A model generated the notes under the pieces. The model searched no databases and had not been told where the DNA came from. It saw only the letters and a list, made by a program, of their open reading frames with translations. 26,280 nt of DNA from Chloroflexota bacterium (GTDB lineage Bacteria; Chloroflexota; Limnocylindria; Limnocylindrales; CSP1-4), in assembly GCA_034666885.1 (NCBI GenBank), contig JAXDKY010000075.1:1-26280 (forward strand), given 5' to 3'. This document shows, piece after piece, positions 1 to 7,801 of this stretch. Each line of letters begins with the position of its first letter. The stretch's first letter is position 1. Made by a program: the position numbers and the translations under genes.

Positions 1-2
1 AG

Positions 3-929
3 GATCACCGCCCAGCCGAGCGGTCGGACGAGCATGTCCTTCGTGTCCGTGAGGGCGACGGCGATGAGGCAGCCGACCGCGATCGCGACCGCGAACAGCG
101 GCAAGGCATCGCGGATGAAGGCGGCCAGTCGGTCGGCCTGCTTCGTCGCACGGGAATCGATCCGGAAGGTCGCCCCACCCAGCCCGACCGCCACCGCCCC
201 GATCGAGAACAGGTAGTTCGACCAGGTACCCGGCGGGGTGACATCAGGGGCGTTGGCCACCCACGGGATGTAGGCCGCGCCGAGCAGGAAGGTCCCGACG
301 AGCAGGGCGTACAGCCCACCGTGACGCGGTCGGGCCCGCGTCGCGAGCGCGGCGATCAGGCCGGCGCCCGCGAGGGACAGGCAGGTGATGGGGATGCTCA
401 GGAGCAGCACGCCCGAGAGGAAGTCCTTGTCGATCACCACGTGCCCGAACAACAGGGTCATGACGGCAGCGGTGGCGAGGAACGTGATGACCGCGTCGAG
501 ATAGAGGCCGATGCGGTCGTGCCGGTCCAGGGCGTGGCGCACGGCGAGGTCGAGGGCCAGGATCGCCGGGATCATGGAGGCGAGGGAGATCAGGTCGGAT
601 GGCGCCGGCACGACGAAGAACCCGAATGCTCCCATCGCGATCCACACGAGCTGACCGGTCAGCCAGAAGGCCGACACCAGCGCGATCGCGCCGCGCACCC
701 GGCGCTCGGGCCCGGTGGCCGTTCGAACGCCGTAGACCGCCAACGCGAGGCCAACGGCATAGAACAGCGTCCAGCTGAGGTTTTCCCAGACGACCGCCTG
801 CCCGCCCTGGTTGAGAGCGGTGAGGCCGGCAGCCACGAACGCGAGGGTGAGCGTCACTCCGATGGCCACGACCCAGCGGGACGGGACGGGAATGCCCGCG
901 GGCGAGAGAGGGGGGCTCAGGGTGGCCAT
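3..929 (-). CDS. Multi-pass (~9-10 TM) membrane protein, 3'-partial; probably the N-terminal membrane region of a signalling protein (diguanylate cyclase/phosphodiesterase or sensor kinase)
   Basis: Not in the ORF track because the frame runs off the window. Hand translation from ATG at 929: MATLSPPLSPAGIPVPSRWVVAIGVTLTLAFVAAG...ALDLAVRHALDRHDRIGLYLDAVITFLA...LVRPLGWAVI, open to position 3, GC3-rich, with successive hydrophobic segments. The catalytic domain is not visible, so the function is inferred. Confidence 0.75.
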   Translation of the reverse strand, partial: MATLSPPLSPAGIPVPSRWVVAIGVTLTLAFVAAGLTALNQGGQAVVWENLSWTLFYAVGLALAVYGVRTATGPERRVRGAIALVSAFWLTGQLVWIAMGAFGFFVVPAPSDLISLASMIPAILALDLAVRHALDRHDRIGLYLDAVITFLATAAVMTLLFGHVVIDKDFLSGVLLLSIPITCLSLAGAGLIAALATRARPRHGGLYALLVGTFLLGAAYIPWVANAPDVTPPGTWSNYLFSIGAVAVGLGGATFRIDSRATKQADRLAAFIRDALPLFAVAIAVGCLIAVALTDTKDMLVRPLGWAVI

Positions 930-1037
930 ATGAAGTTGACCGTAGCGTGGGGCCGGGTGAGCCTACCACGCCCCAGTCGGCCTAGCCCCCGTGCGGCATC
1001 CGCCGTGTCCACGAGGCCGTCGGGCCGCAACCGGCCG

Positions 1038-3275
1038 TCAGGCGTCGGCGGCCAGGTCCCGCACGATCGCCGCCACGGTACGGCGCAGTCGCCCCGGCAT
1101 CGCCGGGAGTCGGCGATTGGCGATGAGACGGCGCCCCCGACGCGGGCGGCGAACCGGCGCGGGCTCCAGGATCGCGGGCTCGAGGTTCGGCAGAGGATCC
1201 GGGATCGATAGCGTCGCCGGCACGGCCTCAGGCACGGCCAGGACCGGCGGCGCCACGATCAGGCGCGGCGGACGCTCCAGATAGGTGGTCGGGATGGCGT
1301 CCCACGCACGCGGGGAGGCGGCTGCGGCCCGCCAGCCGTCGACATCCGTAGGGCGGAGCGTGCCGGCCATGACGGCCTCGAACTCGTCGCCATCGATCCG
1401 TTCCTGCTCGTAGAGGTAGGCGGCGACGTCACGCAGGCGCGGCATCTCGGCGATGAGGGTCCGCCGGGCGGACGTGTACGCCTCGTCGAGGATGCTGCGG
1501 ATCGCGCGTGCCTGCGCATCGCGCACCTCGCGGCTGAAGCCGACCGACGTGTCGCCGACCAGGGTGGTCAGGACCCCGCGACCGGTGGCGCCGTCATCGG
1601 TCGCCTCGGGATCGCGGCCCATGCCGAACCGCACGACCATCGCGGTCGCCATGCTGGTCGCCGCCTCGAAGTCGTTCGCGGCACCGCCGGTGACCTCGTG
1701 GAACAGGAGCTCCTCGGCCACGCGGCCGCCCATGAGCGCGACCAGTCGAGCGCGGAGGTCGGTCTCCGACGGAAGGTCGTTGTCCTCCGAGCTCGAGACC
1801 GTCACGCCGAGCGCCTCGCCATGGGCGAAGAGGCTGATCTCCTCGACGCGGCGCTTGTCACCGTGGACGAAGCCGCAGACCGCGTGGCCGGCCTCGTGCG
1901 CCGCGATGATGCTCCGTTCGCGCTCGTCCATCGACCGCTTGCGCGACGTGCCGAGCGCGGTCTTCAGCCAGCCGTTGTGGATCTCGGCCGGCCCGATCGT
2001 GTCCAGGCCGATGCGCGCCGCGAGGATGGCCGCCTCGTTGAGCAGGTCGGCGAGCATCGCTCCAGAGAATCCGTACGTCTTGCGGGCGAGCGCCAGGAGG
2101 TCGACCCCGAGCGCGATCGGCTTGCCCTTCGCGTGGACGGCGAGGATCGCCAGGCGACCATCGCGATCGGGCAGGGGGACGTGGATCTTGCGCGTGAAGC
2201 GACCCGGCCGGAGCGCGGCTGGATCGAGCGTGTCGAGCCGGTTCGTGGCCCCGATCACCACGACCCCGTCGTTCCGCCCGAAGCCGTCCATCTCGACGAG
2301 CAACTGGTTGAGCGTCTGCTCTCGCTCCTCGTGGCTGTCGGTCCCGCCGCGGGACTTGGCCATCGCGTCGATCTCGTCGATGAAGATCACGGCCCGGCCA
2401 GCGGCGCGGGCCTTGGCGAACAGCTCGCGGACCCGTCCGGCCCCGACGCCGACGTACTTCTCGACGAACTCGGAGCCCGAGACGGAGTAGAACGGAACGT
2501 CGGCCTCGGCCGCGACGGCCTTGGCCAGCAGGGTCTTGCCGGTACCCGGGGGTCCGTAGAGCATCACGCCCCGGATCGCGGTCGCGCCGAGCCTGACGAA
2601 CCGGCTCGGGTCGCGCAGGAATTCGATCGTCTCAGTCAGCTCCAGCTTGGCTTCTTCGACCCCGGCGACATCGGCGAGGGTGACGTTGGGCCGCTCGCCG
2701 GCGATGGGCTGGTCGGCCCGGCGCCGACGTTGGACGCCGCCCGAGGGTCGCCACGAGCGAGCCGAACCGCCGCGCAGGCGGGCGAACAGCAGCACCATGA
2801 TCACCAGCACGGCCGCCGACATCGCGAACCCGAGAAGGGTCGGCAGGCCGCCAGCGCTCGGACCGGTATCGAGGGCGATCGCTTCGTCGGTCAGGAGGCG
2901 CGCATAGCCGGCGGCGCGGATGACGTCGAGGGCGTCGGCGATCGGCACCTCGGGTCGGATCGCGTAGATGGCGCCGGTCGACGTGCGAACGATGAGGACC
3001 GGGGTCGGGGCCGCGACGCCGAGGCCGGTCCCGGCGGTCGGGGTCATGGCGCTGATGGCATCGACCTCGCCAGCGCGCGCGCCGCGGAGGACCTGGTCCA
3101 GCGTCCATCGATCGCCCGCCGTCGTGAAGGTCGGCAGGGAGCCGGTGACGGGCCCGGTGGCCGCAGCGGCTGGACCGTTGGCGAGCCCGACCGTCAGCAT
3201 CAACCCCAGGCCCGCGCCGGCCAGCAGAAAGGCGATCAGGACGGCGATGACACGAGGCGAGCGGAGGTGGGACAA
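1038..3275 (-). CDS. ftsH: ATP-dependent zinc metalloprotease FtsH (2 TM + AAA+ + peptidase M41) with a long Pro/Arg-rich C-terminal tail
   Basis: Walker A GPPGTGKT, pore loop YVGVG, Walker B IFIDEID, SRH TNRLDTLDPAALRPGRF, HEAGH zinc motif, GAAND. Start placed at TTG 3275, 7 nt after AGGAG (3287-3283); the ORF track start at 3341 has no RBS. Confidence 0.95.
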   Translation of the reverse strand: MSHLRSPRVIAVLIAFLLAGAGLGLMLTVGLANGPAAAATGPVTGSLPTFTTAGDRWTLDQVLRGARAGEVDAISAMTPTAGTGLGVAAPTPVLIVRTSTGAIYAIRPEVPIADALDVIRAAGYARLLTDEAIALDTGPSAGGLPTLLGFAMSAAVLVIMVLLFARLRGGSARSWRPSGGVQRRRRADQPIAGERPNVTLADVAGVEEAKLELTETIEFLRDPSRFVRLGATAIRGVMLYGPPGTGKTLLAKAVAAEADVPFYSVSGSEFVEKYVGVGAGRVRELFAKARAAGRAVIFIDEIDAMAKSRGGTDSHEEREQTLNQLLVEMDGFGRNDGVVVIGATNRLDTLDPAALRPGRFTRKIHVPLPDRDGRLAILAVHAKGKPIALGVDLLALARKTYGFSGAMLADLLNEAAILAARIGLDTIGPAEIHNGWLKTALGTSRKRSMDERERSIIAAHEAGHAVCGFVHGDKRRVEEISLFAHGEALGVTVSSSEDNDLPSETDLRARLVALMGGRVAEELLFHEVTGGAANDFEAATSMATAMVVRFGMGRDPEATDDGATGRGVLTTLVGDTSVGFSREVRDAQARAIRSILDEAYTSARRTLIAEMPRLRDVAAYLYEQERIDGDEFEAVMAGTLRPTDVDGWRAAAASPRAWDAIPTTYLERPPRLIVAPPVLAVPEAVPATLSIPDPLPNLEPAILEPAPVRRPRRGRRLIANRRLPAMPGRLRRTVAAIVRDLAADA

Positions 3276-3467
3276 GGAGTGGCTCCTGCCTGGATTCTGG
3301 GTGCTTACCGACCCTACCGGTCCGCACCACCCGTCGGCCATCCGATGAAGGTCCCGTATCGGATACAGCGAATGGATGATGCGAGCGGCGGCGGGGGCTG
3401 GTAGCCGATCCCCAGGGCCGTCGGCGTCGTGACGGGTCGACCCTTCTCGCCCCTGGGTCCGTCCCCG

Positions 3468-3473
3468 AATCTA
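3468..3473 (-). promoter_or_regulatory. Putative -10 element (TAGATT) for ftsH, implying a ~190-nt structured 5' UTR
   Basis: TAnnnT hexamer; the same context TAGATTCGGG(G)AC occurs upstream of the DUF3090 gene (21440-21451). No clear -35. Confidence 0.35.
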
Positions 3474-3489
3474 CTGGACATCGGCGAGA

Positions 3490-4323
3490 TCAGCCGGGAG
3501 CGCTCAACGCGGCGATGACGGCGTCCGAGAGCTGGGGCCAGGCCTCCAGCGCCCAGGCTCCATAGTCGCGGTCGGTGAGGACCGCGAGGGCTCGATCGAG
3601 GGCCGGGTCGACCCAGAGGAAGCCGCCCGCGCCGCCGAAATGCCCGAACGTCCCCGGGGAGTTCCGGCTGCCGGTCCAGTGCGGCGCCTTGTCGTCGCGA
3701 AGCTCGAAGCCGAGGCCCCAGTCGAGCGGGTCGAACCGCCCGACCCCGGGCAGGACGCCGACCAGACCCGGGAAGGCTGTCGTCGTCGCGAGGTCGACCG
3801 TCGTCCCCGTCACGAGGGTCGGACGGAGGAGTTCGCGGGCGAAAGCCGCGAGATCGCCGAGGGTGCCCTGGAGTCCTTCGGAGGCCCGGGTCACGAGCTC
3901 CGTCCGGGTCATGCCGAGCGGGTCGAGGATGCGGCGACGCAGGGCCGTGCCCACGGGCACCTCGTCGCGCTGGGCCAGCAGCGCCCCGAGAAGGTCGAAG
4001 CCGGGGTTCGAGTAGATGCGGCGGGTGCCGGGTTCCGCGAGCACCGTCTCGCCCTCGAACGGCAGGCCAGAGGCATGGGCCAGCAGGTGGCGGACGGTGG
4101 CGCCGGACGGGCCCGCCGGTTCGTGGAGACCGATGATCCCGTCCTCGACGGCGTCGAGGATCGCCATCGCTGTCACGAGCTTGGTCACCGACGCCCAGTG
4201 GAACCGGCGATCGAGATCACCGTGGCTCGCGACGATGCCGCCCGGCCCGATGACGGCGGCTGCGACGTGCTCGGCGCCCCAGCCGTCGATGGCGATGAGG
4301 GCCGTCGCAAGGGGGTCGTCCAC
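3490..4323 (-). CDS. Serine hydrolase, beta-lactamase/PBP-like family (class C / esterase-like)
   Basis: SxxK (WASVTKL), YSN (RRIYSNPGF) and GHFG motifs; no signal peptide. Start re-placed at GTG 4323 (VDDPLATAL), 8 nt after a TAGCAT -10-like hexamer. Confidence 0.85.
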   Translation of the reverse strand: MDDPLATALIAIDGWGAEHVAAAVIGPGGIVASHGDLDRRFHWASVTKLVTAMAILDAVEDGIIGLHEPAGPSGATVRHLLAHASGLPFEGETVLAEPGTRRIYSNPGFDLLGALLAQRDEVPVGTALRRRILDPLGMTRTELVTRASEGLQGTLGDLAAFARELLRPTLVTGTTVDLATTTAFPGLVGVLPGVGRFDPLDWGLGFELRDDKAPHWTGSRNSPGTFGHFGGAGGFLWVDPALDRALAVLTDRDYGAWALEAWPQLSDAVIAALSAPG

Positions 4324-4331
4324 AGCGCTTG

Positions 4332-4401
4332 ATGCTAGTCGCTGACAGCGGCCGTCTGCTCGGCGCGATGTCACAGGTTCGACGCATGCCGAGAGTACGA
4401 T
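4332..4401. promoter_or_regulatory. Divergent promoter pair: TAGCAT (minus, 4337-4332) and TACGAT (plus, 4396-4401), each directly before a start codon
   Basis: TAnnnT hexamers 8 and 6 nt before the GTG/ATG, with no Shine-Dalgarno in between; consistent with leaderless transcripts. Confidence 0.55.
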
Positions 4402-4407
4402 TCCGGC

Positions 4408-5085
4408 ATGAACCTCTTCCGATCCAAGCCGCAGACCCTTCCCTCCCCCGCCGAAGCACTCCCGGGCCGCTCCGAGCCGATCGTCCGGCCGGGCATCCAC
4501 ACCGTCCTCGGCACGCCCATCGCCGGCCCCTGGCCGGAGGGCACCCGGACCGCCGTCTTCGGCCTCGGCTGCTTCTGGGGCGACGAGAAGGACTTCTGGC
4601 AGCTCCCCGGCGTCGTGACGACGGCCGTCGGCTATGCCGGTGGCCACACCCCGAACCCGACGTACGAGGAGGTGTGCTCCGAACGGACCGGTCACGCCGA
4701 GGTGGTGCTGGTCGCCTACGACCCGTCAAGGACCTCGTACGAGGCTCTGCTCAAGACCTTCTGGGAGGCCCACGACCCGACCCAGGGCATGCGCCAAGGC
4801 AACGACCGCGGTACCAGCTATCGCTCGATCATCATCGTCGCTGACGCCGAGCAGCGCGCCGCCGCCGAGGCGTCGAAGGCGATGTACCAGGAGCAGCTAT
4901 CGGCCGCCGGCTACGGCACGATCACGACCGAGATCGTCGACGCGTCCGCCTACCCGTTCTACTACGCCGAGGACTACCACCAGCAGTACCTCGACAAGAA
5001 CCCGCGTGGCTACTGCCCGAACCACTCGACCGGCGTGAAGCTGCCCGACGACTTCGTCGTCGCGCCATTGCAGTACGTCGACTGA
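4408..5085 (+). CDS. msrA: Peptide-methionine (S)-S-oxide reductase MsrA
   Basis: GCFWG catalytic motif, [44 protein letters not shown], resolving Cys in GYCPNH. Confidence 0.97.
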   Translation: MNLFRSKPQTLPSPAEALPGRSEPIVRPGIHTVLGTPIAGPWPEGTRTAVFGLGCFWGDEKDFWQLPGVVTTAVGYAGGHTPNPTYEEVCSERTGHAEVVLVAYDPSRTSYEALLKTFWEAHDPTQGMRQGNDRGTSYRSIIIVADAEQRAAAEASKAMYQEQLSAAGYGTITTEIVDASAYPFYYAEDYHQQYLDKNPRGYCPNHSTGVKLPDDFVVAPLQYVD

Positions 5086-5132
5086 CTAAGGCGCGACACG
5101 CGCGAGGTCGCTGGACCGCGAGGCCGGCGCCC

Positions 5133-5204
5133 GACTGCCCCAACCACCGAACTGGCGTGAAGCTTCCGGACGTGGTGGCGACGCCGCTTCACTGCGTCAA
5201 GTAG
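5133..5204 (+). pseudogene. Diverged relic of an msrA 3' end (24 codons including stop)
   Basis: Reads DCPNHRTGVKLPDVVATPLHCVK* versus [24 protein letters not shown] for msrA 5011-5085. The first 13 codons match at 31/39 nt, with four synonymous third-position changes. Confidence 0.8.
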
Positions 5205-5459
5205 GTCGGTCGGACCGTCGCGATCTCGAGCCGTGCGGACGCCAGCCGGCCGTCGCTCCACGGCGGATCGACCGCGCTTGGGACTCCAGGACGGTGGCGC
5301 ACCGGTTGCCGAGCGAGGATCGGCGGGCGGCAATGCGTCGCACAACCCGCGCCGACTAGCCCGAAACGTCGGTTTGAACCATCTACTCATAGACACGGCG
5401 GGCGCTTCGTCACGGTGACGCGAGGGCACCCTCGTTTCGAGTCACACTGGAGGGTGGTC

Positions 5460-6122
5460 ATGCGGGCGCTTCGCCAACATCCCGTCGTCGTCGCCGTGAC
5501 GACAGCACTTGTCGTCCTCGCCGCCGTCGCCGGTCCAGTGCGGGGGGCTGGACCGGCACCGTGGCTGACGGCTAGTCCGACCGCGTCGCCTATCTCGCTG
5601 GCGGCAGGAGAGTCCGTAACGGTCACCATCACGAATACGGACCGACGGACGGCGTCGAGCGCCCTCACCGTCACTCTCGCCAAAAGCCCTTCGTCCGCGC
5701 CGTTCGCCATCGTCAGCGACCTGTGCGCAGGGGTGATCCTGCGGCCCGGTGGGTCGTGCACCGTCGAGGTGAGGTATGACGGACCGGCCCCGACGACCGA
5801 CCACACCGCCGCGTTGACCGTCGCCAGCGGGAAACCGCTCAAGGCCTCCGTCACCCGCGTCCTCGAGGTCGGGGTGGCATTCGCCGACGTGTGCGTCGCC
5901 CGTGGCGGGTTAGCGGAATATGGGGGGACGATCACCGTGTTAGGAGCCGTGTTCACGGTCGGCGACCGGTGCGACTGGGACTCGAACTTGGCCACCGCGG
6001 TGTACAACGCCGCATTCGGCGCCCTGGACGACGAGTGCTTCGATCTCGGCTATACGGGAGTCGTCGGCTACCCGGTGACGGGTGAGACGGGTACGACGGC
6101 GATCGGCTGTGTGGTCGACTGA
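5460..6122 (+). CDS. Secreted protein: signal peptide, Ig-like (ASH / choice-of-anchor D-like) domain and a small C-terminal 4-Cys domain
   Basis: GGAGG RBS (5449-5453) before ATG 5460; N-terminal MRALRQHPVVVAVTTALVVLAAVAGPVRG; FAIVSDLCAGVILRPGGSCTVEVRY pattern typical of these Ig-like folds; 6 Cys in total. Confidence 0.7.
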   Translation: MRALRQHPVVVAVTTALVVLAAVAGPVRGAGPAPWLTASPTASPISLAAGESVTVTITNTDRRTASSALTVTLAKSPSSAPFAIVSDLCAGVILRPGGSCTVEVRYDGPAPTTDHTAALTVASGKPLKASVTRVLEVGVAFADVCVARGGLAEYGGTITVLGAVFTVGDRCDWDSNLATAVYNAAFGALDDECFDLGYTGVVGYPVTGETGTTAIGCVVD

Positions 6123-6226
6123 GGCTATCCGCGCAGGCCTGGGGCGGGTCGCCTCGCGTGGCCAAACGAGTTCGATGCGACTGACGGCAACAACGGCGCT
6201 CAGCGACGGACGCCATACTCGGGGAT

Positions 6227-6664
6227 GTGACGATCCTGCGGATGGACAACGTCGCCATCGTTGTCGATGACCTCAAGGCTGCGATCGCGTTCTTTGTCGA
6301 ACTTGGTCTCGAGCTGGAGGGCGAGACGACCGTCGAGGGACGGTGGGTGGACCGCATCGTCGGGCTCGACGCTGTCCGAACCGACATCGCGATGATGCGG
6401 ACGCCGGACGGCCACAGCCGGCTCGAGCTGACGAAGTTTCAGACGCCGCCGGCGACCACCGTCGAGCCGAACGCACCGGTGAACACGCTGGGCATGGGTC
6501 GAATCATGTTCGCCGTCGACGATATCGACGACGTCGTTGCCCGCCTGCTCGCCCACGGCGCTGAACTCGTCGGCGAAGTGGTCCAGTACGAGGACAGCTA
6601 CCGCCTCTGTTACGTCCGCGGCCCCGAGGGCATCATCGTCGGATTGGCGGAGCCGCTCAGCTGA
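6227..6664 (+). CDS. VOC family (glyoxalase/bleomycin resistance) protein
   Basis: MTILRMDNVAIVVDDL...RLELTKF...GRIMFAVDDID...YRLCYVRGPEGIIVGLAE; CATACT lies 7 nt before the GTG. Confidence 0.92.
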   Translation: MTILRMDNVAIVVDDLKAAIAFFVELGLELEGETTVEGRWVDRIVGLDAVRTDIAMMRTPDGHSRLELTKFQTPPATTVEPNAPVNTLGMGRIMFAVDDIDDVVARLLAHGAELVGEVVQYEDSYRLCYVRGPEGIIVGLAEPLS

Positions 6665-6677
6665 AGCATTCACCTGT

Positions 6678-6708
6678 CTGGGAATCCCCGGGGTTACTGC
6701 CCGCCGAC
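6678..6708 (+). repeat. Imperfect direct repeat, copy A (downstream flank of the nitronate monooxygenase gene)
   Basis: ctGGGAATCCCCGGGGTTACTGCCCGc-CGAC, aligns with 7771-7801. Confidence 0.7.
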
Positions 6709-6715
6709 AGCTCTC

Positions 6716-7693
6716 CTATGTAGTGACCCATGACGGACCGTTGCTGAGGATGTCTTCCGCCTCAGCGATCATCCTCCGCAAGATCGTGGCTGCGGGCACG
6801 ATGTCGGGGATGAGACCGATCGCCTCGCCGACGGTGGCGCCGACGTAGTGCGCGTCACCCTTCGCCGCCGCTTCCGCGTACCGCGTGACCTCCACCTCGG
6901 CGATGGCCCGCAACTCAGCCTCCTTGCCGTGCCAGCGATCAGTCGTTGCGCTTCTCAGGGTGCGCAGGTCATATCGCGCAGGCCAGATGTCGAACCCCTT
7001 CACAACGTCGATCACGACCGATCGCAAGGTGTCATCCCCCGTGGCCGCCACCGCCGCGGCGTGGAGATTGGGATGCACGAGAGCCTCTTCACTCGCCCAG
7101 AATCGCGTGCCGACGACAACACCGTCGGCGCCAAGAGACAGGGCGGCCGCCAGCCCGCGGCCGTCGGCCACGCCCCCGGCGGCGCACAAGAGTGTTCCGG
7201 GGGAACGTGCCGAGATCAGGTCGGCGACTTCGGGCACGATGGTGAACGTACCGCGCCGTTGGCCGTGTCCGCCGGCTTCGGCTCCCTGGGCAACCACCAC
7301 GTCAGCGCCCAGGTCGATCGCACGCCGCGCGTCAGGGAGGGTCTGGATCTGACAGATGAGCGGCACGCCCGCCGCGCGGATTCGACCGACGAACGGTTCC
7401 GGGTCGCCAAAGGAAAGGAACATCGCCGCAGGCGCACCGTCGAGCGCGATGTCGAGTAATTCCGGCTCCTTCTTCAAAGAGAAGGTGATGAAGCCGCAGC
7501 CGACGCGTTGGCCGTCTGCCGCCAGGATCTGATCCCGAAGCCAGCTCTCATCCCCGTAGCCGCCGCCGATGAGACCGAGGCCACCGGCCGCCGAGACGGA
7601 CGCGGCTAGCCTGCCGCCGGCAGCGAAACCCATCGGCGCTGAGATGACCGGATGGTCCAGGTTGAAACGGTCGGTCAGGCGACTGCGCAACAC
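6716..7693 (-). CDS. Nitronate monooxygenase family (2-nitropropane dioxygenase-like) FMN oxidoreductase
   Basis: HPVISAPMG, AAGGLGLIG, VAQGAEAGGH, AAGGVADGRGLAAAL-LGADGVVVGTRF; GGAGG RBS before GTG 7693. Confidence 0.92.
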   Translation of the reverse strand: MLRSRLTDRFNLDHPVISAPMGFAAGGRLAASVSAAGGLGLIGGGYGDESWLRDQILAADGQRVGCGFITFSLKKEPELLDIALDGAPAAMFLSFGDPEPFVGRIRAAGVPLICQIQTLPDARRAIDLGADVVVAQGAEAGGHGQRRGTFTIVPEVADLISARSPGTLLCAAGGVADGRGLAAALSLGADGVVVGTRFWASEEALVHPNLHAAAVAATGDDTLRSVVIDVVKGFDIWPARYDLRTLRSATTDRWHGKEAELRAIAEVEVTRYAEAAAKGDAHYVGATVGEAIGLIPDIVPAATILRRMIAEAEDILSNGPSWVTT

Positions 7694-7770
7694 GACCAAG
7701 TGCCTCCGCGTATCGGGGCGATGATGGACACAATGCATCGCGCCGCCTCCGGGAGCAACACGCAGACTCG

Positions 7771-7801
7771 CAGGGAATCCCTGGGTTAGTGCCCGGACGA
7801 C
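7771..7801 (+). repeat. Imperfect direct repeat, copy B (upstream flank of the nitronate monooxygenase gene)
   Basis: caGGGAATCCCTGGG-TTAGTGCCCGgaCGAC; the core differs from copy A by two substitutions and one indel. Confidence 0.7.

Noticed and set aside
942-976. Alternative hairpins (GCGTGG/CCACGC versus TGGGGC/GCCCCA) between ftsH and the membrane-protein gene as an attenuator
   Set aside because: Short GC stems with no U-tract or leader peptide; not distinguishable from background.
3405-3470. c-di-AMP (ydaO) or other riboswitch upstream of ftsH
   Set aside because: Only fragments (GGGGAC..CCCAGGGG, GACCCGTCA) resemble it; the conserved GAATC and CAGCTAAC elements are missing. An Infernal/Rfam scan would settle it.
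3490-4323. Beta-lactam resistance gene
   Set aside because: No signal peptide, and the motifs fit the broad cytoplasmic esterase/serine-hydrolase family; the fold alone does not imply resistance.
5364-5375. AAAC-N4-GTTT as a second LexA box
   Set aside because: Degenerate at both halves, no convincing overlapping promoter, and the downstream gene is not repair-related.
5205-5400. Small ORF or ncRNA in the spacer after the msrA relic
   Set aside because: All six frames read as low-information sequence, and only short scattered stems (e.g. TTGCCG/CGGCAA) are present, with no recognisable RNA family.
7724-7738. ATG-N9-CAT LysR-type box upstream of the nitronate monooxygenase
   Set aside because: Too little information content and no LysR gene in the window.
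6123-7801. Integron attC interpretation of the repeats and of the spacer at 6123-6226
   Set aside because: GTT/AAC triplets exist, but there is no RYYYAAC...GTTRRRY pair with complementary L boxes at 57-141 bp spacing, and no intI in the window.
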